Of a DNA stretch of 64,000 nucleotides, positions 20,255-30,551 are shown piece after piece. Position 1 is the stretch's first letter. Each line of letters begins with the position of its first letter. The notes below the pieces were generated by a model. It had not been told where the DNA came from. It was given only the letters and a program-made list of their open reading frames with translations, and ran no database searches. Made by a program: the position numbers and the translations under genes. The stretch is from Candidatus Poribacteria bacterium (GTDB taxonomy: Bacteria > Poribacteria > WGA-4E > WGA-3G), in NCBI GenBank assembly GCA_963663765.2, contig CAXXUA010000013.1, positions 96,001-160,000 on the forward strand. The letters run 5' to 3'.

Positions 20255-21559
20255 TTAGGGAAGGTCAGGTTTTCTCAATAGGTGTTCAGGTGGCGTTTCA
20301 CCTGTTAAGGTAATGAGAAAATCCACCAATTCTTGTACTTCTTGTTCATTCAGATTAAGGGGTTCAAGAGTTCCTTCACGGATACCGACAAATCCGTTTG
20401 GAACACCACCTGCGTTGTTAAATTCGATGATTGATTTTAATGTAGGGAACTCTCCTGTGTGGAAATAGGGGGCAGTGAGTGCGACATTTCGAAGAGTTGG
20501 TGTCTTGAACTGTCCTTGATGTTGTTGGGTAGGTTCCAGAAAGTTCAGTATTCTTTGTGGTACGTCTGGTTCATCACTATAGATTCCACCACCGTTAAAG
20601 GGGTTGTCCAAGAGTTGCTTAATGCCGTCATATCGTCCCGTGTCTTCTGGTAGCTTACCTTGTGGAACACCGAGGTTGTGGAATTCGTTGTCAGTAAAAC
20701 TTGGTGTATCGTGGCAGAGGATACAAAACCCTTTTCCGATAAATAGTTTTAGTCCGCGTTTTGCTTCCGTGCTGATTGCATTCACATCACCTGCGACATA
20801 TTGATCAAACGGAGCATTTCGGCTGATTAGTAGGCGTTCATAAGCCTCTATAGCTTTGCCAATATTTGCGAAAACAGTATTTACAGCAATTTTATCAGTT
20901 TCTGACATATTGTCAAATTGCGTATCTCCTGGTTTCCCATTTAGAGGGAATTGGGTTATGTTATCTAAATGAGGTAGTGGACCGAAGACTTTTTCATAAT
21001 CATGTTGATACATCTGTTTGATGAGATGTGCATATTGAAGGCGTGTGCCTGCTTGTTCTGGTTCTCCTTCAAGTGCGATTAACGCTTGTGACCAGAGAGT
21101 GTCAGCTCTACCATCCCAAAAGTGCCATTGGTTATATGCGACATTAAGTAGTGTTGGTGCATTTCTTGTGCCTCTGCTTGCTCCCAATGAAGTTGCTTCA
21201 ACGTCTGCAAATCCGTAAAATGGTGAATGACATGTTGCACATGAGACGGTAGCATTTATAGAAAATCGCTCATCAAAGAAGATTTTTTGTCCTAATAGTG
21301 CTGCGTCAGAATTGTCTGCGAAGCGATTGGTTAGACTTGGGGGAGGTACTGCGGGAAGTGGGGATAAACTTTGGATTACTGCCCATTCACGTTCTGTAAA
21401 AATGTCAATCTCTGGCTCAATGTCTTCGTTCATTGGTAAAGTGCCTTCGTCTCCGCAACCGATAAGCGCTAATGTGATAACGGAAATTAGGTAAATAGAC
21501 AAAAAATAATTGCGTTGTAATCTCGGTGCAGAAACATGCGATGACATTTTTTCTTCCAT
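20255..21559 (-). CDS. Di-haem cytochrome c peroxidase/MauG-family lipoprotein
   Basis: Lipobox LIGC; CATCH and CILCH haem motifs; RNAPTLLN, FWDGRA and FKTPTLRNV…PYFH. Confidence 0.9.
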   Translation of the reverse strand: MEEKMSSHVSAPRLQRNYFLSIYLISVITLALIGCGDEGTLPMNEDIEPEIDIFTEREWAVIQSLSPLPAVPPPSLTNRFADNSDAALLGQKIFFDERFSINATVSCATCHSPFYGFADVEATSLGASRGTRNAPTLLNVAYNQWHFWDGRADTLWSQALIALEGEPEQAGTRLQYAHLIKQMYQHDYEKVFGPLPHLDNITQFPLNGKPGDTQFDNMSETDKIAVNTVFANIGKAIEAYERLLISRNAPFDQYVAGDVNAISTEAKRGLKLFIGKGFCILCHDTPSFTDNEFHNLGVPQGKLPEDTGRYDGIKQLLDNPFNGGGIYSDEPDVPQRILNFLEPTQQHQGQFKTPTLRNVALTAPYFHTGEFPTLKSIIEFNNAGGVPNGFVGIREGTLEPLNLNEQEVQELVDFLITLTGETPPEHLLRKPDLP

Positions 21560-21574
21560 TTCTTGTAGTAGGAT

Positions 21575-22495
21575 TTACTGCTGTATTGGTGCGTCCATTG
21601 CGCATCTGAATCCGATGATTTGTGAGCTGCCGACGATGTCGTCATAGTCTCTGTATGCACAACGCACGTAGTCGAAACCAGCGAACCAACTGGAGCCTCT
21701 CCAAGATTTCTTCCCCATACCGCTTGTTTTTGGTCCTTTTGGGTTTTCTCTTGGACTGACTAAATAGTAATCCATATCAAACCAATCTGAAACCCATTCT
21801 GAAACATTTCCTGCCATGTGAAGTGCGCCGTAAGGGCTTGCACCTTGATGGAAACTATCCACAGGGGCAGCCGTTGCATACCCGTCGAGATGTCCATCAA
21901 ACTTTTTGTCGTCATCAAAGTTACATTTTGTGGGTTCAAATTCGTTGCCCCATGGCCAGATACGTCCATCAGTTCCGCGGGATGCTTTTTCCCATTCGGC
22001 TTCAGTTGGTAGTCGTTTGTCGATCCACTCTGCATAAGCGGCAGCGTCTCCCCAAGTTACACCTACTACTGGTTGATCTGGATGATTGAATTTCGGATTG
22101 TCCCAAAAGATAGAGTTTCTATGTCCAGTAGCTTCAACGAATTTGGTGTAATCAGCATTAGAGACTTCAAACTTGTCAATGAAATAGGCATCTAAGAATA
22201 CTGTGTGTTGTGGGAACTCATCAAGTGGGTCTGCTAATGGGTCGTGATCTGGGTCACTTCCCATGATGAAATCACCTGCAGGCACATAAACCATACCTTC
22301 GGGTATGTCTATTGAGTCTTTTTCTTCTTCTTTTTCTTCCATTGGAAGATTTACCATAGGTTGTTGTTCATCGGTTGGTTCTACGGTTTCTACTTCTTCA
22401 TTAGGAATCATTTCATCGCTTCCACACCCGTATATAGTGGTAATCAATAGAATGAAGAGAGTGATCAATGATTTATATAGAGTTTTTAAGTTCAT
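21575..22495 (-). CDS. FGE/SUMF1-fold lipoprotein
   Basis: PAGDFIMGS, PVVGVTW, RLPTEAEWEKA, MAGNVSEW and GFRC; lipobox YGC. Confidence 0.88.
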   Translation of the reverse strand: MNLKTLYKSLITLFILLITTIYGCGSDEMIPNEEVETVEPTDEQQPMVNLPMEEKEEEKDSIDIPEGMVYVPAGDFIMGSDPDHDPLADPLDEFPQHTVFLDAYFIDKFEVSNADYTKFVEATGHRNSIFWDNPKFNHPDQPVVGVTWGDAAAYAEWIDKRLPTEAEWEKASRGTDGRIWPWGNEFEPTKCNFDDDKKFDGHLDGYATAAPVDSFHQGASPYGALHMAGNVSEWVSDWFDMDYYLVSPRENPKGPKTSGMGKKSWRGSSWFAGFDYVRCAYRDYDDIVGSSQIIGFRCAMDAPIQQ

Positions 22496-22528
22496 ATTGC
22501 TTCATATCGTACAATTAACGTTGATTAT

Positions 22529-22882
22529 CGGACTTACAAAGCCCTCCCACAAAAAGTTTGATTTGTCATATGATACATATAGTAGACTTTAGAACTAATT
22601 GGACATTATGTTCGGTTAGGAAACCGAACATATCAGCTGTGTTGTATCACAAACTGTATGAAGATTAAAAAATAACTTTGGTAATTTTGCAGTGAAATCC
22701 CGGCGCGCTTACAAAGCACGATTACAGGGTTTGGTGAAAATTAGAATTACCGAATTAATAGATTAATCTTCATTTAGTTTGTGTTCGTAACTGCACAAAC
22801 TTACAGTTTGTGATACAATATGTCCAATTAATAATATGCTTTACTATATACAGCGCGCCCACCGTGGGATGCGTAAGTCCTA
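22529..22882. mobile_element. Nested MITE assembly
   Basis: Concentric inverted repeats: GGACTTAC…GTAAGTCC; TATAGTA…AATTGGACA / TGTCCAATT…TACTATA; TGTATCACAAACTGTA / TACAGTTTGTGATACA; TGAAGATTAA / TTAATCTTCA. Confidence 0.7.
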
Positions 22883-22907
22883 AATTTATTCTCACATTCA
22901 CTCTATA

Positions 22908-23747
22908 TTAAGGTGTTTTTGCACAACGAAACCCGACAGAACTGCTGTGGTCGCTGCATTGTGCGGGATAAATATAAAAGACAGTGGTGCGCGTATCGTC
23001 AGGTCCATTTGTCCACGAACCACCCCGTATTGTGTATGTTATGCCGTTTGTTAGTTCGGATTTTTCGTCTGCAATATCTCTCTTGATGTCTTGCAGTTCA
23101 GGAAGGTCGCTTGTTACCCATTCCCACACATTGCCAGACATATCATGTAGTCCGTACGGACTAATGCCTTTTGTGAAACTTCCGACAGGAGCGGGTTGCA
23201 TTTTATAACCATCGTATTTTCCATCCATTTTACTGCCGTCATCAAAATTACCGAGTGAAGGGTTATATTCATTTCCCCATGGGTACAAACGTCCCTCAGT
23301 ACCTCGTGCAGCTTTTTCCCATTCTATATCAGTTGGTAATCTTTTCCCTGTCCAATTTGCGTAAGTTTCAGCATCCTCCCAATTGACACCGACAACCGGC
23401 TGATCGGTGTCATTAAGGTTTGGATCTTTCCAAAATTTCGGTTCACGATGTCCAGTTTCAGACAGAAATTTCGCATATTGTCTATTTGTTACCTCATACA
23501 TGTCAATATAGAATGCTTCCACAAAAACGTTGCGTGCATCTACTTCATTCGCAGACGTTAGATCGTTTTTGTTATCAGTGCCGATGATGACTTCACCTGA
23601 GGGAATCAAGACCATATCGTCAACATTAACAACCTGCTCTACATTGTCATTAGGTTGGACAGGAAGATCTGCATTGTTGTCGTCATTGCATGCAATCAAT
23701 CCAATTATTAACACAACCATGAACAACAAAATGACGTTAACTTTCAT
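22908..23747 (-). CDS. FGE/SUMF1-fold lipoprotein
   Basis: EVTNRQY, PVVGVNW, RLPT…EWEKAARG, GNVWEW, RGGSW and GFRC; lipobox IAC. Confidence 0.88.
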   Translation of the reverse strand: MKVNVILLFMVVLIIGLIACNDDNNADLPVQPNDNVEQVVNVDDMVLIPSGEVIIGTDNKNDLTSANEVDARNVFVEAFYIDMYEVTNRQYAKFLSETGHREPKFWKDPNLNDTDQPVVGVNWEDAETYANWTGKRLPTDIEWEKAARGTEGRLYPWGNEYNPSLGNFDDGSKMDGKYDGYKMQPAPVGSFTKGISPYGLHDMSGNVWEWVTSDLPELQDIKRDIADEKSELTNGITYTIRGGSWTNGPDDTRTTVFYIYPAQCSDHSSSVGFRCAKTP

Positions 23748-23788
23748 ATCAATAACCAGTATTATGTCCGTGCTGTTAGGTGTTTTCT

Positions 23789-24763
23789 CTACTCAGTTGT
23801 TTCAGCTGTTAGGGTTAGGAACAATTCTTCTAAACTCTTTTCATTTGAGCGCATTTCAAGTAAGTTCCATCCGTTTTCAATCACTGTTTTTGCAATTTCT
23901 GCGCGGACATCGCTGGTTGGAGTATATTTTATGTGAAAAGTCAAAGTATCATGAAGGTCTTCGTTTGCCTTTTCAACTGAAAAAACATCAAGAATACTTG
24001 TAAGGGTTATGATAATTTCCTCAGGGTTCTCGCCATCGACTACAAGGGTGAGTGTATTGATTGGGATATTGCGTTCATCATCATTTGTGTTTATATTTGA
24101 GGTGGCTCGACCGTTGGACAATTGGACATCACCCGTGATTTTGCCATTGCTGATGAATAGGAGTCGTTCACATGTCATGCTTGCCTCGGGAAGAATGTGT
24201 GTGCTAAATAAGATCGTGCGTTCCTTACCGAGTTCTTTGATTAATTCTCGGATTTCAACGATTTGTCGTGGGTCTAAGCCGGAAGTGGGTTCATCAAGAA
24301 TTAGCACATTGGGTTCATGCACCAGTGCTTGTGCTAAACCGACGCGTTGTCGAAAACCCCGTGATAGTTGTCCGATAATCTGTTTGCGTCTTTCGGTTAA
24401 ACCGCATGATTCAATCACAACGTCTACTCGTGCATTAATTTGTTTTCGCGGAATACCACGAATTATTGCCATATAAGAGAGGTACCGTGTGACTGTCATT
24501 TCTGTATAAAGTGGTATGTTTTCAGGTAGGTATCCGATTCTTTTGCGCACCTCACGTGATTCTTTGAAGACGTCGTATCCTGCGACGGTGACTTTTCCAC
24601 GGCTTGCAGGCATAAAGCAGGTGAGTATGCGCATGGTTGTTGTTTTTCCTGCGCCATTGGGACCGAGAAATCCAACAATTTGCCCTTTTTCTACACTGAA
24701 AGAGATGTCTTTGAGAGCTTGAAATGAACCGTAGTTTTTTGATAGATCTTGAACTTCAATCAT
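23789..24763 (-). CDS. ABC transporter ATP-binding protein (ABC-2/GldA-like)
   Basis: GPNGAGKT, LSRGFRQRV and LILDEPT. Confidence 0.92.
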   Translation of the reverse strand: MIEVQDLSKNYGSFQALKDISFSVEKGQIVGFLGPNGAGKTTTMRILTCFMPASRGKVTVAGYDVFKESREVRKRIGYLPENIPLYTEMTVTRYLSYMAIIRGIPRKQINARVDVVIESCGLTERRKQIIGQLSRGFRQRVGLAQALVHEPNVLILDEPTSGLDPRQIVEIRELIKELGKERTILFSTHILPEASMTCERLLFISNGKITGDVQLSNGRATSNINTNDDERNIPINTLTLVVDGENPEEIIITLTSILDVFSVEKANEDLHDTLTFHIKYTPTSDVRAEIAKTVIENGWNLLEMRSNEKSLEELFLTLTAETTE

Positions 24764-24829
24764 TGTGGTTATCAGTAGTTGGGTATTTGTAGTCAGTTAA
24801 AAAGGTAATTGAGTTGAGTATTCATAATA

Positions 24830-25723
24830 TTAATCTGAAACACTATCCATATTCCGTTGGATAGTAAATTGCTGATCTCTGGGACGTCCGGAAAGGTATG
24901 GATTATTATCTGGATTGGCGGCTTCGGATGCTGCAAGTACTTCCGGTAGGTCAACAGGTACGGAATTCACCTCAATTCTATCAGGATATACATGCACCTG
25001 TCGCCACATCATTGGGTAGCAGATAATTCCGGATGTTACAATACACAACATGCCTTGTTCTCTGAATACACGGTTAAGGTGTTGGTGTCCACAGAAGAAA
25101 CCTATAATATGTTTCTCAAAGGGTGCTACGATTTCAAGTACTTCAGCAGAATTTGCGATTCTGGATCCAACCCCTTGGAATTCTACATTTGGAAAAGGGA
25201 GTTGGTGTGTAAAAAAGATAATGTCTTCCCCGTAGTCTACAGCCTTTTTCATCTCCCGTTCAACCCATGCGAGTTGATTTGTGCTGACATATCCGTGCGT
25301 TAGGTCTTCGGGTACTTCTTGTGCATCCATTAGTATGAATCGGATGTTTTCTTTTGCGAAACTGGTGGAACCCATACCATTTATCCCAAATCTCTTTAGG
25401 TATGAGTCTTTTGAACCGGTTTCTGGGTCAAGATCGTGATTACCTGGGATGTAATAGCATTTCGCTTTTAGTCGTTGTCCCAATAGTTGAACAGTATTCA
25501 GTGCTTCTTCATACTCTTCAGCTGACATATCAAAACTTTTTCCACCACAGACGATGTCGCCGCCATGTATGACAAATGCCGGATCAAAGTCATTGAGTTG
25601 TTCAATTAGTTTTTCGTATAACGCGAAACTATGACTTTGCTGTTGCAAGCCACCAGCAAAGTTTTGCTTTGCGTAGGGATAGAGATGTGTATCAGTGATA
25701 AAGGCAAATTTGAAGGGTGTCAT
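24830..25723 (-). CDS. Calcineurin-like metallophosphoesterase (CpdA/Icc-like)
   Basis: DTH, GGD, GNHD and GHQH motifs. Confidence 0.88.
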   Translation of the reverse strand: MTPFKFAFITDTHLYPYAKQNFAGGLQQQSHSFALYEKLIEQLNDFDPAFVIHGGDIVCGGKSFDMSAEEYEEALNTVQLLGQRLKAKCYYIPGNHDLDPETGSKDSYLKRFGINGMGSTSFAKENIRFILMDAQEVPEDLTHGYVSTNQLAWVEREMKKAVDYGEDIIFFTHQLPFPNVEFQGVGSRIANSAEVLEIVAPFEKHIIGFFCGHQHLNRVFREQGMLCIVTSGIICYPMMWRQVHVYPDRIEVNSVPVDLPEVLAASEAANPDNNPYLSGRPRDQQFTIQRNMDSVSD

Positions 25724-25850
25724 AGCATCAATCTTTTTTTGTAAAATTGTAGCATATTGGGTTTACTTATGTCAATATTGCATTCAATTGGTGCCGGGCT
25801 ATTTAGTTTTATGAATTACCCTTTGATGAGTATTTCAAAAAGTTTATATT

Positions 25851-26050
25851 GTAGTTCGGGTAGAACGTTAGTGAAACCCATAAGCGTCAATTTAAGGATT
25901 TTGACCTCTTGTGGGAGGGGTTTTCAACCCCGATTTTTTAGTGCATTTCCGCTCAAATCGGGGTTGAAAACCCCTCCTACAAGAGAAAATGCAAACAGTA
26001 TTTTCTTAAGTTGACACCTATAGGTTTCGCTAACGCTCTACCCGACCTAC
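25851..26050. repeat. Three-layer REP doublet / MITE / REP doublet
   Basis: Outer GTAG…GGGTAGAACGTTAG / CTAACGCTCTACCCGACCTAC; middle GTCAATTTAAG / CTTAAGTTGAC; inner CTTGTGGGAGGGGTTTTCAACCCCGATTT and its inverse. Confidence 0.75.
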
Positions 26051-26184
26051 AACACTTCAAAATATTAATAATTGTAACAAATAAACGTCCAAAATACCTA
26101 AAACTAAATAATCCTGTAATTCGTGTGTCCATCCTCTTACTGTGAACCTGTATTTCAGTTGCGATCATTTCTATGAAAACATAA

Positions 26185-27543
26185 CTACTTCCGGACATAA
26201 CCTGTTGTTCCGTTCCGTTCCTCTTTATGTGCTTCCCAATAATCTTCAATACCTTGTCGCCATGTTTGTGCTGCTTCTGTCAACTCAGCGGTGATTTGTG
26301 GGTATTCGTCTTTCAGATTTGTGGTTTCTCCCATATCTGTTTCAAGGTCTGCAAGGTGTACATCGTCCTCTGAGGGTGCTCCTTCAACCAATTGACCATT
26401 TAGGACTAATTTCCACTTTCCGCGTCGCATTGCAGTCTGTTTTCCCATTTCCCAAAAAATATCTGTGTGTGGTGTGAATTGGCCGTCACAGACAACAGGT
26501 AATTGATTGAGACCATCAAGTTCATAATTGGAAAGATCACCATCAGCTGCGGATAAGAAAGTCGGAAAGACATCCATTGCCGCACCATAAAGATTTGATA
26601 AAGTTAATACGTTACCGGGCGGAATTTCTTTTGGCCACTTCATAATCCCTGGAGAACGGATTCCCCCTTCATAAAGACTGAATTTGTGTCCTTTGAGTTT
26701 TCCTGCGCTGCCCCCATAATATGGGTCTTGTGTGCCATCTAACCAATTGCGTGTCTCGCGCGAGGGACCGTTGTCACTTTGGAAATAGGAGAATGTGTTT
26801 TCTGCGACACCGAGTCGTTCAAGTTCTGCAAATATTTCCCCCACACTATCATCCACTGCACTTAGCATTGCAGCCATAATTTGTCTATCCCACGGCAAGT
26901 TTGGAAACCTGTCAACGTATTCCTGTGGTGCGTGCATCGGATAATGTGGTGCGTTGTATGGCACATATAGGAAAAACGGTTTGTCTTGTTCAACTGCTTT
27001 TCGGATATATCTGACGGCATATTCAGTGATCAGTTCAGTAAAATACTCCCCGTTTCGGTATATTTCTTCACCGTTTTCCCAGAGGTCATGGGTTTGGTCA
27101 AAATCTGGTCGTCCTAATGCCCAATAAAAGATGTGTGAATAGAAATCAATGCAGCCAGCCATGAATCCGAACCAATCATCAAACCCGTGGTCTTCAGGTC
27201 TTGAACCCTCTGCGAGTCCAAGATGCCATTTGCCGGACATTGCAGTGTAATATCCAAGTTCCTTGAGTGCGGTTGCGATCGTTGGAACAGATAGTGGTAA
27301 TCCAGTAGCAGTACGATGTCCTGCTAAGATAGATCGTACACCTGCATGGCAAGGGTATCGTCCTGTCAATAATGCAGCACGGGAAGGTGAACAGACAGGT
27401 GAGTTGGAGTACCAATCAGAGAATTGGATACCTTCTTTTGCCATTCTATCCAGATGGGGTGTCTTGAAGTCTGTAGCACCCATACAGGAGAGGTCACCAT
27501 AGCCTTGGTCATCTGTTAGAAATATAATGAAATTGGGTTGCAT
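26185..27543 (-). CDS. Formylglycine-dependent sulfatase (no signal peptide)
   Basis: PNFIIFLTDDQG, CSPSRAALLTGRY, GKWHLG, PHYP and SDNG. Confidence 0.93.
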   Translation of the reverse strand: MQPNFIIFLTDDQGYGDLSCMGATDFKTPHLDRMAKEGIQFSDWYSNSPVCSPSRAALLTGRYPCHAGVRSILAGHRTATGLPLSVPTIATALKELGYYTAMSGKWHLGLAEGSRPEDHGFDDWFGFMAGCIDFYSHIFYWALGRPDFDQTHDLWENGEEIYRNGEYFTELITEYAVRYIRKAVEQDKPFFLYVPYNAPHYPMHAPQEYVDRFPNLPWDRQIMAAMLSAVDDSVGEIFAELERLGVAENTFSYFQSDNGPSRETRNWLDGTQDPYYGGSAGKLKGHKFSLYEGGIRSPGIMKWPKEIPPGNVLTLSNLYGAAMDVFPTFLSAADGDLSNYELDGLNQLPVVCDGQFTPHTDIFWEMGKQTAMRRGKWKLVLNGQLVEGAPSEDDVHLADLETDMGETTNLKDEYPQITAELTEAAQTWRQGIEDYWEAHKEERNGTTGYVRK

Positions 27544-27607
27544 TTTACCTCCGTTGTGTTCATGCTGTTGTAAATTTGACGTACTGCTTATGAGTAAAAT
27601 TACAAGA

Positions 27608-29632
27608 TTATTTTAGAATCACCATTCGTCGGGTTGCTTTAAATTTGCCTGCTTGAAGTGTATAGACATAAACGCCACTTGCAACAGGTTCGCCTGTAGA
27701 GTTACGTCCATCCCAATGCGCTGCACGGGACTGTGTGCGATATGTACCCGCTACCTGATGTCCTATTGCTAACTGTCGGACGCGTTGTCCTTTCATGTTA
27801 TAAATGTCTATTTTCACATTTGCATCTGTTCCTAAGTCGTACGGTATCCATGTCTCTGGATTGAAAGGATTTGGATAGTTTGGCAGAAGGATTGTTTTAT
27901 CTGGAATTATGTTATCAAGTAATCCTTTTAAAGTGGCAATACCCTTTTTTAGGACTTCAGACCCATCGTCTACTAAGCGTGCCTCTATGATCCATTTTTC
28001 TATTTGACCCAGATGTTTTGAGTTAGTTTTTCTCTGTGTTGTGGGTGCTGCTGGATTTGTAGTCTCGCTAAAATGTGCTGCAACTATTAGCAAGTCAAGT
28101 ATATTAACTCTACCATCTTGGTTTACGTCAACCTTTGAATTTTCTGGTGAATCTGCACCAAAACTTCCCGCTATAACTAAGAGATCTTGAATATCAACGA
28201 TCCCGTCATTGTTTATATCCCAAGCTAGAGATGGTGCTTTAAGAGGTTCTTTCTGGATGTGGGGTAGTGCTTGTTGCCACCCATCGTTAAGCCATTTACC
28301 AAGTGTATCAACAAGTTCGCTGTTTTCTGAAAGATTAGCAATATTAATAGTTTCATTTGGGTCGTTGTAGTAATCATAGAGTTCCTTTCCGCGTTCACCA
28401 TTGTTCCCCCATTCGGTGTATCGAAATCTGTCTGTCCGTATTGAACGTCCTGAAGTACTTCCTCTGTTGAGTTGACTAAAAGCTGCAGATTTCCACTCAC
28501 GAGTTGGCTCATTGAGAACGGGTTTAAAACTAATGCCTTCTAATTCTGGTGCTATTGGTATTTGACACACATCACATAGTGTTGGATAGATGTCAATCAG
28601 TTCAACCAAGGCATCTGTTTTCGTACCGGGGTGAGTTTGTCCTGGGATACTAGCGATTAACGGTGAGCGGAGAGATACCTCAAACAGAGTGTTTTTTCGC
28701 CAAGTTCCATGCTCTCCAAGATGAAATCCATGGTCACCACAAAAAATAATAACTGTTTTCTCAGTTAGGTTTAATGCGTCAAATTGGTCAAGGAGACGTC
28801 CCACTTGTGCATCCATATAACTTGTTGAAGCGGCATAAGCTCGAATTAGTTCTAATGTTTTTTCTTCTGATATCGGGGTATCTCTATCAGGAATATCTGA
28901 ATACAGTCGAAAGTAACCTAATTGGTTGTGTGCGAATATTGGAGAATTCATAGGAAAACTTGAAGTAACTGGTAAGCTGAAAGCTTCGGTATCGTATAAA
29001 TCATAATATTTGCTGGGTGCGTAGAAGGGTAAGTGGGGTTTATCAAATCCAACAGATAAAAAAAATCGTTTATCTTTGATATCAACTAAGAGCTCTTCTA
29101 TACGTTTTGCCGTTTTTCCATCACTTAACTCATCGTCTGTTACGTCAAGGGAACGCCATGATGGACCTGAAATAAAAGTTCCCCAAATCTGACCGATTTT
29201 ACCTTCAGAGTGGGTATAATAACCTTGGTTTCCGAAGTATTGTTGTAGGGTTGTTATACCAGGTAATGTCGTTCCAAAATCGATCAAATTATTTTGAAAT
29301 CCGGTTGTATCTGGTCGCATTCCACTAATTATAGATGCGCGAGAGGGCCCACATAGTGGAAATTGGCAATATGCGCGGTTGAAGAGTGTGCCTCTCTGGG
29401 CGAGTCTATCAATATTTGGTGTGTGCATCTCTTGATGTCCATAGCATCTAAGTAGAGGGCGCAAGTCATCTACAATGATGAACATCACGTTGTATTGCCC
29501 TTGGGTATCTGCTTGTAGTTTGGGTATAAGTCCCGTTGTGAATGCAGCCGCGCCTGCCTTCAATCCTGTTGAGATGAAGCCCCGCCGAGTAAAAGACCGT
29601 GAGAATGGCTTGTGTCGTACCGTCTCTTTCAT
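27608..29632 (-). CDS. Tat-exported iduronate-2-sulfatase-like sulfatase with dockerin-like and FlgD-like C-terminal domains (sulf1)
   Basis: TRRGFI signal, DDLRP, CGPSR, KPHLPF and DHGFHLGEH; two DxNxDG repeats; PNYPNPFNPETWIPY. Confidence 0.9.
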   Translation of the reverse strand: MKETVRHKPFSRSFTRRGFISTGLKAGAAAFTTGLIPKLQADTQGQYNVMFIIVDDLRPLLRCYGHQEMHTPNIDRLAQRGTLFNRAYCQFPLCGPSRASIISGMRPDTTGFQNNLIDFGTTLPGITTLQQYFGNQGYYTHSEGKIGQIWGTFISGPSWRSLDVTDDELSDGKTAKRIEELLVDIKDKRFFLSVGFDKPHLPFYAPSKYYDLYDTEAFSLPVTSSFPMNSPIFAHNQLGYFRLYSDIPDRDTPISEEKTLELIRAYAASTSYMDAQVGRLLDQFDALNLTEKTVIIFCGDHGFHLGEHGTWRKNTLFEVSLRSPLIASIPGQTHPGTKTDALVELIDIYPTLCDVCQIPIAPELEGISFKPVLNEPTREWKSAAFSQLNRGSTSGRSIRTDRFRYTEWGNNGERGKELYDYYNDPNETINIANLSENSELVDTLGKWLNDGWQQALPHIQKEPLKAPSLAWDINNDGIVDIQDLLVIAGSFGADSPENSKVDVNQDGRVNILDLLIVAAHFSETTNPAAPTTQRKTNSKHLGQIEKWIIEARLVDDGSEVLKKGIATLKGLLDNIIPDKTILLPNYPNPFNPETWIPYDLGTDANVKIDIYNMKGQRVRQLAIGHQVAGTYRTQSRAAHWDGRNSTGEPVASGVYVYTLQAGKFKATRRMVILK

Positions 29633-29750
29633 AAGTGATTTCCTTATTTATAGTTTGTATCAAATGACCCCATGAGTTATACTATTAGTATGCGTTATAC
29701 TAACGAGTAGATGTATTCGGATCCCCGTTAATCTATTCATGGAGGTCAAC

Positions 29751-30551
29751 ATGAATCGCAAAAAGGATACCGCCTACGGTATTAACCGGCTCGAATCCAA
29801 GAATGCCAGAGTCGCTATTATTCAGAAGATTTCAGCAGACTTAAATCTAATGCCTATCGTTGCTGAAGCCTACTATAAACAGATTTCTACTTACTTTGAA
29901 CAACATACCGATGTGAAACTGACATCAGGACAAATCTGCTACGAGGCTGTCGCCGCTGAGGAACCCGCAGGAAAACACATCGCTTTAGCGAAAAAAATCT
30001 CCTGTCGGCTCACTCTCAATGACACAAACGCCGATCTTGAAGTCTTAGCGAATTATGGTCTCGCAGGACTCAGACGCCATCGGATCCTCCGATTGACTAA
30101 AGAAACTTACGACCAAGATGCCTTGCTGAGCTATGAAGATTTAGCTGTCTTATTAACCACCAGTCCTTCTACAGTCAAACGTGACATACGTCAGTTGAAA
30201 CAGGAAGGATATTTCGTTATGACGCGCGGGACGAAACACGACATGGGTACCGGCACTTCTCATAAGACGCAGATCTTGGAGCTGTATTTCAAAGTCTATA
30301 CCTTTACCGAAATGGAGCAAAAAACGAACCACAGCGAACGGGCTGTCTACCGCTACTTGAGAGACTTCACACAAGTTGCTACGCTCCACCATCAGGGGTT
30401 CCCTAACGCTCAGATACGCCTGATTACCCATCTCTCTGACCGGTTGATCCGTGAGTATCTCTCGCTGTTCAAGGAATATCAACACACCGATCGCATGACC
30501 CAACTCCTTCACCCAGAACCAGAGGACACAAAAAAGGGGGAACTCTCATGA
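29751..30551 (+). CDS. DUF1670-like protein A (intact)
   Basis: GGAGG RBS before ATG 29751; YDQDALLSYEDLA…STVKRDI…TRG…HDMG…SHK…HSERAVYRY. Confidence 0.75.
   Translation: MNRKKDTAYGINRLESKNARVAIIQKISADLNLMPIVAEAYYKQISTYFEQHTDVKLTSGQICYEAVAAEEPAGKHIALAKKISCRLTLNDTNADLEVLANYGLAGLRRHRILRLTKETYDQDALLSYEDLAVLLTTSPSTVKRDIRQLKQEGYFVMTRGTKHDMGTGTSHKTQILELYFKVYTFTEMEQKTNHSERAVYRYLRDFTQVATLHHQGFPNAQIRLITHLSDRLIREYLSLFKEYQHTDRMTQLLHPEPEDTKKGELS

Noticed and set aside
22564-22576. GTCATATGATAC matching the DUF1670 element's right end
   Set aside because: 12-bp match only, with no adjacent element sequence; probably chance.
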